This document shows, piece by piece, positions 27,979 through 38,038 of a DNA stretch of 64,000 nucleotides. The stretch lies in IMG/VR virus record IMGVR_UViG_3300046170_000409; one strand, given 5' to 3'. Position 1 is the stretch's first letter. Each line of letters starts with the position of its first letter. Source of the stretch: an uncultured virus (IMG/VR IMGVR_UViG_3300046170_000409) (Duplodnaviria; Heunggongvirae; Uroviricota; Caudoviricetes). The notes under the pieces were generated by a model that was not told the origin of the DNA, made no database searches, and saw nothing but the letters and a program-made list of their open reading frames with translations. The position numbers and the translations under genes are program-made.

Positions 27979-28910
27979 TCCGAGTCTATCATTAATTCAG
28001 TAAGCATTGCCATCATATTTATTTCATGGTCAGCAACGAATGCAGATTTATATTGATAGTCAGCGAGAGTAACTACGATTTGTGGAAGACTGTTTGGTTT
28101 TACAAATTGATTTATCTCATCATACAACTGTCGGAATATAGATTGACTTGAATCGCCATCCACATTTTGAGAAACCCACTTACGAACAGTAGAGAATTCT
28201 TTTGCTTTCATTGCATCAATTAGATTTTGTATATTAACATTCTCAAAATTGGCAAGAATGCCAGTGTCAATTGAACCTGACACAGAATATCTTTGCAGTT
28301 CATTAAGAACTCTTCGGTTGTCAGGGAAAAACTTTTTGATAACTTCTGCAACAACTTTTTTATCATACTTGATTTCTTCATTATCAAGCACAGACAAACA
28401 TCTCTTAAAGAAGTCTGTTGCCATTGTTTGTTTTTCTTCTTTTGGAATCTTGAATTCAACCACTGTACATCTTGAATGTAATGGTTCAATAATACGATTC
28501 ACAAAGTTGCATGTGAGTATGAATCCACAGTTCTTGGAATACTCTTCCATAAAGTTACGCAATGCAGGTTGAGTTGATTGTGCATTTAAATAATCTGCCT
28601 CATCCAATATTACATACTTACGACCACCAGAAAAAGAAACACTGCTTGCAAAATTACGAATCTCTGTTCTCAATGTATCAATGTTACCATTCATTGAACC
28701 ATTAATTACGATGTAATCACAATTCAATTCTTCAAGCATTGCTTTTGCAACTGTGGTCTTGCCCATACCTGCTCCACCTGAAAGAATCATATTTGGAATA
28801 TTGCCTTTACTGACAAATTCTTGGAATGTTTCTTTCAGTTTTGCAGAGAGTATTGTCTCACTTATTGTCTTAGGTCTGTATTTCTCGACCCATAAAAAAT
28901 CTTCACGCAT
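27969..28910 (-). CDS. 44: Clamp loader large subunit (gp44)
   Basis: WVEKYRP, GMGKTT, DEAD, SRC. Confidence 0.97.
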   Translation of the reverse strand: MREDFLWVEKYRPKTISETILSAKLKETFQEFVSKGNIPNMILSGGAGMGKTTVAKAMLEELNCDYIVINGSMNGNIDTLRTEIRNFASSVSFSGGRKYVILDEADYLNAQSTQPALRNFMEEYSKNCGFILTCNFVNRIIEPLHSRCTVVEFKIPKEEKQTMATDFFKRCLSVLDNEEIKYDKKVVAEVIKKFFPDNRRVLNELQRYSVSGSIDTGILANFENVNIQNLIDAMKAKEFSTVRKWVSQNVDGDSSQSIFRQLYDEINQFVKPNSLPQIVVTLADYQYKSAFVADHEINMMAMLTELMIDSEWK

Positions 28911-28913
28911 TTA

Positions 28914-29384
28914 TCACTCCATTTCATTATGTAATTGTTCTCTAATATAATGCATATTGTATGCATAGTCAAAAGGTTTTATCTTCAAATTGGTATCATA
29001 GTTATAAATATTTTGCTCTTCATCTGCATCTTTAATTATGTAAGATGGTCCATTAAGTATCAAATGTTTATATTCTATCTCGTTATGATGCCCATAGTTT
29101 TCTGGATACATCCACAAACAAAATTTATATTGCTTAAATTTTATTGTTGAAAGTTCATCACTGTTATCATATATTGGATATTTTGCATAACAATTATGCA
29201 TATTAATTTCTACCATACCTTCAATAAAAATATCAAACCAACCATGGAAATCATTAGAGGATGGGATTCTGTAAATAACTCCATCTTCATGTTCTTGTAC
29301 TACACCATCAACTTTAATAATAGCATCTGGTTCTTTTCTTCCATACAGAACAATTTCACGTTTTCCTTTGGTTGGAATATACAT
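28914..29384 (-). CDS. Hypothetical protein inserted between 45 and 44
   Basis: 156-aa ORF translationally coupled to 45. Confidence 0.65.
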   Translation of the reverse strand: MYIPTKGKREIVLYGRKEPDAIIKVDGVVQEHEDGVIYRIPSSNDFHGWFDIFIEGMVEINMHNCYAKYPIYDNSDELSTIKFKQYKFCLWMYPENYGHHNEIEYKHLILNGPSYIIKDADEEQNIYNYDTNLKIKPFDYAYNMHYIREQLHNEME

Positions 29385-30040
29385 TATCCAAATGTAGAAT
29401 TACTTTCAGTTGCAACCCAATATTGGACAGACTCACCAGCAAAATGTGCAATACCTTTAGAAGAAATTGTCACATCATAATCGCCAGATAAGAACTTGAG
29501 ATTTTCTACTTTGAATACGAATTGAAATGTTTGGTCTGTTGTTCCGACTTCAACATCAAATTCATTTGAAGTTGCATTCTTAGTATCAGTTGCAACAACA
29601 AACATCTTACCATCAGATCCACGAACTACAACTTCAGGAAGTTGCAATTGATTCGCACCATTGACAGTTTTACGAAATGCATCTTTTGTAAATTTAAATG
29701 ACACTTCTTGTGATGGAAGTTCAATGTTCTTCTCAGGTGGAGTAGTAATCATTGATGGATCTGCAAAAGTATAATTTGCTTTACCACTTCCCTCTTTAAT
29801 TGTTACTGCACTGTCATTGAAATCAAAATCAGGATCTTCAAAAAGACTCTTCAGTCCAAGAAACTGATTCAATTCATAGATTGCAAAGTCTTTAGGAAAG
29901 GACTCTGCAACAGTTGCTTGAGCAAGAATGTTCTTCTGTGGCGAGACTGTTCTTACTACATTTCCTGCTTTAAATGCAAGAGATTGGTTGATGCTCGAAA
30001 AGTTTTTCAATACATCAAAGGTTTTATCACTTATCTTCAT
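29384..30040 (-). CDS. 45: Sliding clamp (gp45)
   Basis: LKNFSSINQS, FAIYELNQFL, YWVATE. Confidence 0.95.
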   Translation of the reverse strand: MKISDKTFDVLKNFSSINQSLAFKAGNVVRTVSPQKNILAQATVAESFPKDFAIYELNQFLGLKSLFEDPDFDFNDSAVTIKEGSGKANYTFADPSMITTPPEKNIELPSQEVSFKFTKDAFRKTVNGANQLQLPEVVVRGSDGKMFVVATDTKNATSNEFDVEVGTTDQTFQFVFKVENLKFLSGDYDVTISSKGIAHFAGESVQYWVATESNSTFG

Positions 30041-30338
30041 TATCTATTTCTCCTTCAGTTTGTGATTTAATATCATGATTGAATAGAGCAATTATACAAT
30101 AATGTGCAATTTTTAGCAAGTCTTTTCTTTGCTCATTTTGTGTGCCCTTTTTACCATAACGTTGTGCATACTTGATGATGTTTCCCAAACAGAAACCCTC
30201 GCCATGTCCACTGTCAATGATAAATTCAGTCGTTTGAAATTTATTATGTGAATAATGTTGGTCGTAAGTTTTGACAACATAATCATATAATTCTTTTATC
30301 AGTTTATCTTCTTTGTATTTGAATTTTACTTCACTCAC
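30027..30338 (-). CDS. DUF3310-like (putative nucleotide kinase) protein
   Basis: HY...GFCLGNIIKYAQRYGKK...DLLK. Confidence 0.75.
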   Translation of the reverse strand: MSEVKFKYKEDKLIKELYDYVVKTYDQHYSHNKFQTTEFIIDSGHGEGFCLGNIIKYAQRYGKKGTQNEQRKDLLKIAHYCIIALFNHDIKSQTEGEIDNEDK

Positions 30339-30368
30339 ATCAAATCTCCATAATATAAATTTTGTTTA

Positions 30369-31226
30369 CTACTTTTTCATTTTACTAATTTGGTCTGGAT
30401 CGGCAGTTGCTGATGCACCAAGCATCGCAAGATCTGTTAAAGATCCACCAAATGTATATGAACCTGTATGCATGAGTTTCATCCATGGACACATCCATGT
30501 ATCAACTTTCACTTTACGCATCCATTGACAGAACATATAATCCTCTGAGAGATATCTCTTAGAATCTGGATCTATCAATGCTTGAAAGTACATCATAATC
30601 TCACGAGTACCATCAAAATGTTTTGTTCGAACATGGTCAGGTTTATATGAATAGTCTGGATATGCTTTTTGAAATTCTTCAAATGCATGTCGTGTAACCA
30701 TCATAAATCCAGTACCACCTTCAAGAACTTTCACTGGTTCATCAAGTCTCACATTTACTTGTCCTTCTTGTGGATTAAAGACATAATCACCAACGAATCT
30801 CTCTAACTCTCCAGGATTCTCATCTGCAAATCCTTTATCAACTGCACGTTTAATTTTTTCCCATGCAATTGTTTTCTTAGGATATGGTCCACACATTATA
30901 TGTTTGTCACTTTTAGGATCGTCTTGGTCCATTAATGCTAACATAGATAGAACATCATTTGGGTCAAACCCAATATCACTATCAATAAACATCAAGTGTG
31001 TATAATCACTACGCATAAATTCATCAACGCAGTAATTTCTTGCACGAGTGATTAGAGATTCATTAAAGAGATAAAAGAATTTTGCCTCAATACCATAATG
31101 TGTGCATAGTTTAGTTAAGTCCGACGTTGACTTGGTATACATACCATGACACTGTCCTCCATACATTGGAGTCGCAACGAATAACTTCTTTTTCTTCAAT
31201 TCACTAATTTGAACTTGTATTTCCAT
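30369..31226 (-). CDS. GT-A fold glycosyltransferase-like protein
   Basis: ATPMYGG, ESLITRARN, FIDSD, GTGFM, LSEDY. Confidence 0.75.
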   Translation of the reverse strand: MEIQVQISELKKKKLFVATPMYGGQCHGMYTKSTSDLTKLCTHYGIEAKFFYLFNESLITRARNYCVDEFMRSDYTHLMFIDSDIGFDPNDVLSMLALMDQDDPKSDKHIMCGPYPKKTIAWEKIKRAVDKGFADENPGELERFVGDYVFNPQEGQVNVRLDEPVKVLEGGTGFMMVTRHAFEEFQKAYPDYSYKPDHVRTKHFDGTREIMMYFQALIDPDSKRYLSEDYMFCQWMRKVKVDTWMCPWMKLMHTGSYTFGGSLTDLAMLGASATADPDQISKMKK

Positions 31227-31324
31227 ATTATATTGTCACCTTTATATTTAATAATTAATCATAATGCCGAGAATGTAGCGAAAGGTGAGAAACCCACCTA
31301 ACACTATTATATAGTCAACTTTGA

Positions 31325-32482
31325 TTAAGATATTGATTCAGAAGAAACAATTCCTTCATCAGATTTATTTTCATCATCCATTTCCACACCAGCATCTATT
31401 TTGCTGTACAGTTCCATGAATGATTGTTTAGTATCATCATCAAATCTATTAGTACACATCTCAATAGCATTCATTCTATCATTAAAGATAGAGTATGCCT
31501 TTGCGATATGAACCAGTCTTCTGGTAGAGATAACTTCATCAACACCACCATCATAGAAAGTTTTTCTGATGATATCTGCCCAGTCGACAAGTTTGTCAAC
31601 AAACTCAGTATCTTTGACACTAAGACTGTCAAATACAGATCCTAATATCTTTTTCTCAGTAGCAACACTTGGATATTCTTGCTCAAATGTCACAGGGAAT
31701 CTTTCAAGGAATGCCTCATTCAGGATATTTGTCCCGATGAATCTACCATCGTCAGATCCTTTTCCTTTGGTATTCGCAGTAGCAACTACTGTGAAACCAT
31801 CAGCAGGAATAATGTACTCACCAGTCTTTTTGATAAAGTATCCTTTTCCTTCAAGGATAGATTGTAGACACATAATCTTCGCAGGATTACCTAAGTCAAT
31901 CTCATCAAGCAAAAGGACAGCACCTTTCTGCATTGCTTTGATAACTGGACCATGGAAGAATTTAGTATTGCCATCAACCAATCTGAAACCACCAATCAAG
32001 TCATCCTCATCAGTTTCAACAGTAATGTTTACTCTGATAACTTCCCTCATGGTTTGAGCACATGCTTGTTCAACACCAAATGTTTTACCATTACCAGATA
32101 ATCCAGTAATAAAAACAGGATAAAACATTTTAGAATTGATTACTTGTTTCACTGTTTTGAAATTTCCAAAAGGAACAAACAGTGAATCTTTTTCTGGAAC
32201 TAGATTCTCAGAAAATCCATTTGTCTCTGCTGCAAGATTAGAGACAACTTTTAGATTTGGTTGCATTGCAGCAGTCGCTGTTTGTTGAGTTGGAGTCGCA
32301 CTACCAGATCCTGGAATCTTGTACACACCTCTAGATACTCTCAAACTTTTGTTATAGAATAACCATGATGGATATGGAATCCCATTTTCTTCAGCAGTCG
32401 CCACGATCTCTTTTTTGGTCACATTTCTGGAACCATATTTACCTGCTAACAGGTCAACGAGTTTTACAGCATTTTTGTTCAT
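31325..32482 (-). CDS. MoxR/CobS-like AAA+ ATPase
   Basis: GLSGNGKT, LLLDEID, ATANTKG, AFLERF, STRRL. Confidence 0.92.
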   Translation of the reverse strand: MNKNAVKLVDLLAGKYGSRNVTKKEIVATAEENGIPYPSWLFYNKSLRVSRGVYKIPGSGSATPTQQTATAAMQPNLKVVSNLAAETNGFSENLVPEKDSLFVPFGNFKTVKQVINSKMFYPVFITGLSGNGKTFGVEQACAQTMREVIRVNITVETDEDDLIGGFRLVDGNTKFFHGPVIKAMQKGAVLLLDEIDLGNPAKIMCLQSILEGKGYFIKKTGEYIIPADGFTVVATANTKGKGSDDGRFIGTNILNEAFLERFPVTFEQEYPSVATEKKILGSVFDSLSVKDTEFVDKLVDWADIIRKTFYDGGVDEVISTRRLVHIAKAYSIFNDRMNAIEMCTNRFDDDTKQSFMELYSKIDAGVEMDDENKSDEGIVSSESIS

Positions 32483-32522
32483 AATATATTTTCCTCTCTC
32501 AAAATTAACAACTTATACGAGA

Positions 32523-32647
32523 ATGATATCCTATCCAAAAAGAAATGTCAACACCTAATTTGTGTTTTTTACAAGTTTTTTTAGGGTTTTTAGGGTTTTT
32601 TCTCATATTTACACCCCAATGATATCCTATCTAAAAAGAAATGTCAA
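32523..32647 (-). promoter_or_regulatory. Two tandem near-identical early promoters (32523-32551 and 32619-32647)
   Basis: TTGACATTTCTTTTT(G/A)GATAGGATATCAT. Confidence 0.8.
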
Positions 32648-32695
32648 GTAAAAAGGCAATTTAGAATACAAGTTTTTTGTCCAAAATTGCCTATT

Positions 32696-34898
32696 TTAAG
32701 CGACCATATCAATGAATTTAGATAGCATAACTCTGGATTCTTTTCTACCTTTGTTCGCTTTTCTAAAGGCATTCTTAATTTGACCTTTGGTAGCATCCGA
32801 ACTAACTTGGATTTCACCATTTGAAGTCGCCATAGAATCACCACCAGCGAGAGCAAAGTATTTTGAATAACCACTATTTGGAATTGTTATCCATCTGTTC
32901 TTTTTCAATTCAGCATGTTTTGATTCTAAGTCAGAATAGTTCCTAATATAACCTTGTAGATTAGACATCACTTCTCTTTTATTAACAGGAATGATTCTAT
33001 ATCCAATCACATTTGCGTTAGTTCTGTCTCTCAATCTTCTTAGCAACAAATTAGTTATACCATAATATGATTCTCTAATTACATATGATTTCTTAGTCAC
33101 TTTATCATGAATGAAACCTTTTGTTGTTACTTCTACTTTATTGTCATAGTCATATTTCTTTCTTGTAAAATGAGAAATATATGCACTACTCATAGATGGA
33201 ACATATTCTTTTGTTTCTGCATCGTATTGTTCACTTGCAACAGCAACTTTACTAGGATGCGAATCACCATCAGTCAAGAATACCATATTGACAATATCAA
33301 GTCCATTTTCTTTTTTGAATTCATCAAACAATTGTGGAGCACAGATAATTGCAGTATCAAGTGGTGTTCCACCTAAACCAAGTGGATGTGGAACATTGTA
33401 ATATGATGGGATTGCTTCTTTTAAGAAACACATAAGTTCTAGCATTTCATTAATTTCTTTTCTTCTCATAGTCTTACTATTAAAGAATTCCATAAGTCTG
33501 AATTCTTCATCAGCATAAGTCTCTTTATCTTTTTTAACAGGAGTTACACTATGCAAAGTATGGGCATTATCATAAGAATCGCACCATGCTCTGCCTCTAT
33601 CAGTAAAGGCATAGACTCTGTATGGGATCTGAACCTGCTTACAGAACATGACGAGGTTCATCATTTGGTCCAAAGTATTTCCCATGTCATTATGCATAGA
33701 ACCAGACCAATCAAGAAACATCATCAAACCATGATTCTTACCTTCAGGCACTACAGTCATCTTTTTAAAGATGTCGTCTGAATACCTATAATTATTCATC
33801 AATACAGGATCTATAACACCAGTCTTTGCAACAGAAGATCTAGCATACTCAGATGCTTTTTTCTTCATCTCAAATTCTTTTACGAGATAGTTAATAGTCT
33901 TTTTGTTATTAACTAAAAACTTTTTGAATAGTTTTTTTTGAATGTACTTTTTGATTTTCAGGATACTGTTCAAGAACTAATTTCGCTGGAACAATATGCT
34001 GAGAAATATTTTCTTCAGAAAAGTATATATTTTCTACATGACTAGTTTCAGAAAATTCTTGAGCAATATTATCACTCAATGCTCTTTCAGTGACACTTAC
34101 TGGTTCTTGATTTTCGAAATCTTCCCCATTTGCGAGAGAGTTTCCTGCTTGAATTTCTTCATCGGTATCGATGGAGTCGTCAGTTTCTTCTTCCATTGAG
34201 TCCTGTGACGAGTTATTTGCGTCGCCCTCATATTCTTCATCAGATTCATTTTCGTCTGATTCAGATTGTCCCATCTCTTCCATTTCTTCTTCAGCGATGA
34301 GTTCGTCCATTTCTGATTTAAGTTCTTGTTCATGCTCATGTTTCTCAACCGCATCAGCATAGAGTCTACTAGCGATTTCAACTGCTTGCTCAAATGTTTC
34401 AACATCTTTAATTTCGTTAACAATAAGTTTTTCATCTTTATCAAATTCAATTCCAAAAGATTCACCACACTTGAAATGAGTATTCAATCTGTCAATCAAG
34501 TTTAGACTATTTATCTCATCTATACTAGTACCAAAGAATCCTTCAGCAAACATCTTTTTATAAGATTTAACGAAGTCGTGTCTCAATCCTGGATATTTTC
34601 TTTGAATTAGTTTTTCAATCCTAGCATCTTCAACGACATTTAAGAATGATTGAAAACCTCTAGATTTATCTTTAAGTGAACCGACCCATTTATCACCATC
34701 AGTATAAAGAGCATGACCGACTTCATGTCCTACTAAATGATTATAGGTAAAGTTTTCCATATCTTTCCACGCAGGTAAAGTCAGTATTCTGTCTTTTACA
34801 TTGAAAGATGCAGTTTTTACTTTTTCTTGAACCACAGTAATATTTTCAGTGGCAAGTAATTTTGCTAAAATGTCTTTATTCATATTTTTCTCTCTCAT
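32696..34898 (-). CDS. CobT-like protein: N-terminal HExxH domain, acidic linker, C-terminal vWA domain; +1 frameshift near 33932-33939
   Basis: HEVGH in ORF 33909..34898; DWSGSM (MIDAS), GGTPL and LTDG in ORF 32696..33973. Removing one A from an A8 run joins them. Confidence 0.85.
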
Positions 34899-34908
34899 TT
34901 ATACAACA

Positions 34909-34937
34909 ATGATATCCTATCCAAAAAGAAATGTCAA
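34909..34937 (-). promoter_or_regulatory. Early promoter (repeat copy)
   Basis: TTGACATTTCTTTTTGGATAGGATATCAT. Confidence 0.8.
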
Positions 34938-35011
34938 GTATTTGACCAAACTTTTTTGTCCTGTAAGTTGTTGATTTTACAGGATATTTAAAAAAAGTTG
35001 AAAAAAAGTTT

Positions 35012-35680
35012 CTATTTACCAACAAATGCACTCCATAATTCAAGGGCATCCTCAATTGTTGTAGAAAAAGAAACCTCGTTTTTGTTAGATGTCGAATCCA
35101 ACTCATATGTGTCTGATAGGTTGCTCTGTAATTTCTTCACTAGTGGTTGAAAGAAATTAGGATTGTTTGCTTTAAACACAACAGTCACTTGTGGTTCCTT
35201 AGTCTGAACTTTGATACGAAAATAAATATTTTCACGCATACCTGATTCGATGACATACGAAGTTCCACGTGATTCAGTATAACCAATTGTACCTTTAAAT
35301 ACATCTGGATTATCAGAAACAAGAGTTGTCATTTCTTCAAACATGTCACGTTGAGAATCAACAAACTCGCCAAATAAAAATGATAGGTCTTTCATAATAA
35401 AACACTCCTTATAATGTCCACTCACGGAATTGTCCTCTGGGTTTAATGTTGAGATAAGATAGGATTCGAGGACAAATGATGAATCCTTCTTATCTAAGTT
35501 AAATCGTTCTAAATTTTTTGCTACAATTATGCAGTCATCAATTTTATATCCCTTATCTTTTAAATGGTGGAGACAACGATCCCCAACACCTTTACCAATA
35601 TAGGATGGACGTTCAGATGTACCACGATACATATAAACATATTTTCCCAATGTCTCGAAAAATACACCTGTTGGTCTCAT
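35012..35680 (-). CDS. GIY-YIG (LEM-3-like) nuclease-domain protein
   Basis: YVYMY...YIGKGVGDR..HH...ESYLI...N. Confidence 0.7.
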   Translation of the reverse strand: MRPTGVFFETLGKYVYMYRGTSERPSYIGKGVGDRCLHHLKDKGYKIDDCIIVAKNLERFNLDKKDSSFVLESYLISTLNPEDNSVSGHYKECFIMKDLSFLFGEFVDSQRDMFEEMTTLVSDNPDVFKGTIGYTESRGTSYVIESGMRENIYFRIKVQTKEPQVTVVFKANNPNFFQPLVKKLQSNLSDTYELDSTSNKNEVSFSTTIEDALELWSAFVGK

Positions 35681-35694
35681 TTAATAATTCCTAC

Positions 35695-35985
35695 TTAAAA
35701 ATTTCTAGTTAATGTGAATGCTGATTTGTCACGTGGGATATCATGAAATAATTTTGACATATTATCAAACACCATGTTATAAGCATTCACTTCATAACAG
35801 TAAATATCATAGAAGTCTTCATCTTGTGGGGTTTCACAATACTTTGTAAAAGCATCGTTTAATTTTCTCATACCATTCAGTACTTCGTCACTATCACCAA
35901 ACATTTCCATAATAGAAACTGCCTGACCAAATGTCATTTCAACCTTATAAAAATTAGGGATATCAAATTTAGTAGTGTCAATCAT
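35695..35985 (-). CDS. Early hypothetical protein
   Basis: GAGAGG RBS; first gene after a promoter. Confidence 0.7.
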   Translation of the reverse strand: MIDTTKFDIPNFYKVEMTFGQAVSIMEMFGDSDEVLNGMRKLNDAFTKYCETPQDEDFYDIYCYEVNAYNMVFDNMSKLFHDIPRDKSAFTLTRNF

Positions 35986-36018
35986 TTTTAACCTCTCTTT
36001 TAATTAACTTACAGGACA

Positions 36019-36047
36019 ATGATATCCTATCTAAAAAGAAATGTCAA
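36019..36047 (-). promoter_or_regulatory. Early promoter (repeat copy)
   Basis: TTGACATTTCTTTTTAGATAGGATATCAT. Confidence 0.8.
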
Positions 36048-36085
36048 GTATTATTTGAAAATAAATTGCTTGTTAAATCAACAAC

Positions 36086-36634
36086 TTACGTGATTTGATT
36101 GTAAATATATTGTGCTATTTCATCAGTATCAGAGGAATTTTCATGTCTCATCTCGATTATACATCCCTTTTCTGTACCAAATAGTGTCTGTTTATCACCG
36201 AATTCTTCAACAATATTATTCACTTTAGTTCTTACTGTTTGAATGAATTTGTCGCTCTGGTCGGATCCTCGTTCTTTATATCTTCTCTCTCGTTCTTCAT
36301 CACTGACTGTGAGGCGAATGATTGTAAGATTATCACCACATGCATTGAAGAATGCTTTGTTATTTAATCTGTCTCCTTCACCAAGAATAAATTCTTCTGG
36401 TTTAGATTCAATATACTCTACTGCTTTTGGAGAAACTGCCATAGATAAACGATCTGTTCCACTAAATGTTTCGCCCTCTTCATATTTGCCAAGAACACGA
36501 ACATTATTAGAAACATGACTGTCAAGAAGATCTATAGGACGATGTTGTTCCCATCCTTCAAACTTTGACATCACATTTTTCATGACAGTTGATTTTCCAC
36601 ATCCTGGAAGTCCGATTAAATAAATTACTTTCAT
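36086..36634 (-). CDS. P-loop nucleotide/DNA-base kinase of hypermodification type
   Basis: GLPGCGKST, GTDRLSM, GEGDRL; directly downstream of the TET/JBP and aGPT-Pplase genes. Confidence 0.75.
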   Translation of the reverse strand: MKVIYLIGLPGCGKSTVMKNVMSKFEGWEQHRPIDLLDSHVSNNVRVLGKYEEGETFSGTDRLSMAVSPKAVEYIESKPEEFILGEGDRLNNKAFFNACGDNLTIIRLTVSDEERERRYKERGSDQSDKFIQTVRTKVNNIVEEFGDKQTLFGTEKGCIIEMRHENSSDTDEIAQYIYNQIT

Positions 36635-38038
36635 TAGAAAAATGCCTCCAGTGAAGATTTAGTTTCATATGCATTAGGATGATATTTGTCAACCATTTCA
36701 CGACCACCATTTTTTTCAAGATAGTCATACCATTCTTGGTCATCCCACATAGACGGAGACACACCATTCCAAAAAGGTTTCCAAAGTTTGTGTGTCTCGT
36801 CCTTACGACGATCGTCAACAAATTGACGACGTAGTGATTCGTATTCCCATGAACCTAACATATCCATATCTTCACGGAAATAAAAAACTAATGACATTCT
36901 TAGGAAATCATCTTCCCCAGTGTCAGGTGCTTCAATTCGGTGTATTGCCATGAATGACTCGCATATTGTCAATTAACAATAAATCTCCTGGACGACAATT
37001 AATTGCAGCACGAACTTCAGGTGTAACCAAATATCCACCTTTCCAATTTTTTCCTTCTTTTGTCACCACTGTAAGATTAGAATATCCTTCATTCAATGAA
37101 CCAGCATCACGATGACATGCCATACGAGCATTACGATCTTTACTTGTAGTGTTCACAGTAATTGTAGTGAATGTTGTATCCTCACCTATTAGAAATTTGT
37201 TATCAAGTCTATCTGCAAATTTCTTTTGCTCAGTCCAACGTTGTGGTAACATACGAGCAAATTCAGATTCGAGTTTACGTGCAAAAGGGTAACACTTCTC
37301 AAACTTCTCACGATTGTGGTCAGTATATGCAGTTGCACGACCATATGGAATTCTAGGATAACGACCATAGAATCCTGCAATGCCAGACCAAATCGCTGTA
37401 GCATAAGAAGTGTCTGAAATAAATTCTTTACGCAGTTTCTTTGCATATGCACTTGCATCTGGTATTGTCATACTTGCAAGTTTTTCCATACACAATGGAA
37501 AGAATTCTTTATATGTACCAAATTCTTCTTCGACTTTTAATCGTAACCAAACATCGCCACGAATTTCATCTTTAGCAACTTTATGTTTATCTGCAATTTC
37601 TTGAAGAGGATCTGTACCAATAACTGATTGTGGTTGTTCTTGTTCATAATAAGAAAGAATGTCTGCTTGATATCCTGTTACCCAATCACGAGTTCCTTGT
37701 GTTTCAGAACGTGGTCCAGCAGCAAGTCCACGATTGTTAGATTCTACTGCAGCATCATACAATCCTTCATATGCACCACGTTGTTCTTCTTCAGTGAATA
37801 CATTTTTACGAAATTTAAATGCAATTCTATCTTCTGTTAGTTCTTGACTGCCAGTCAATGATGCAGGTAAATAAAAATCTGCATCTTTATCAATTAGAAT
37901 ATCATAGGAATCTTTATCAACAAATTTCCCAAGTACATCTTTTTCAGTCTCAAGGAATTGTGCAACATAAACATCTTGCCCCTCGTTACCGATGGACTTC
38001 TCCCATTTGCGACCATTAATTTCAATTATCTCTGTCAT
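36634..38038 (-). CDS. TET/JBP-family 2OG-Fe(II) dioxygenase (about 467 aa after correcting a +1 frameshift near 36936)
   Basis: FTTITVN, CHRDAG (HxD) and HGNT in the upstream ORF; RMSLVFYFRE in the downstream ORF 36634..36972. Confidence 0.8.

Noticed and set aside
32575..32600. Telomere-like TTTTTAGGG tandem repeat
   Set aside because: Only two copies, lying in the A-tract region between tandem promoters.
34876..35106. 76-aa minus-strand ORF spanning the promoter at 34909
   Set aside because: It overlaps the GIY-YIG gene end and a promoter repeat, with no RBS or protein-like features.
32523..36047. 30-bp repeats as a possible CRISPR array
   Set aside because: Spacing is irregular (about 0.1, 2.3 and 1.1 kb), the repeats are -35/-10 promoters, and no cas genes are present.
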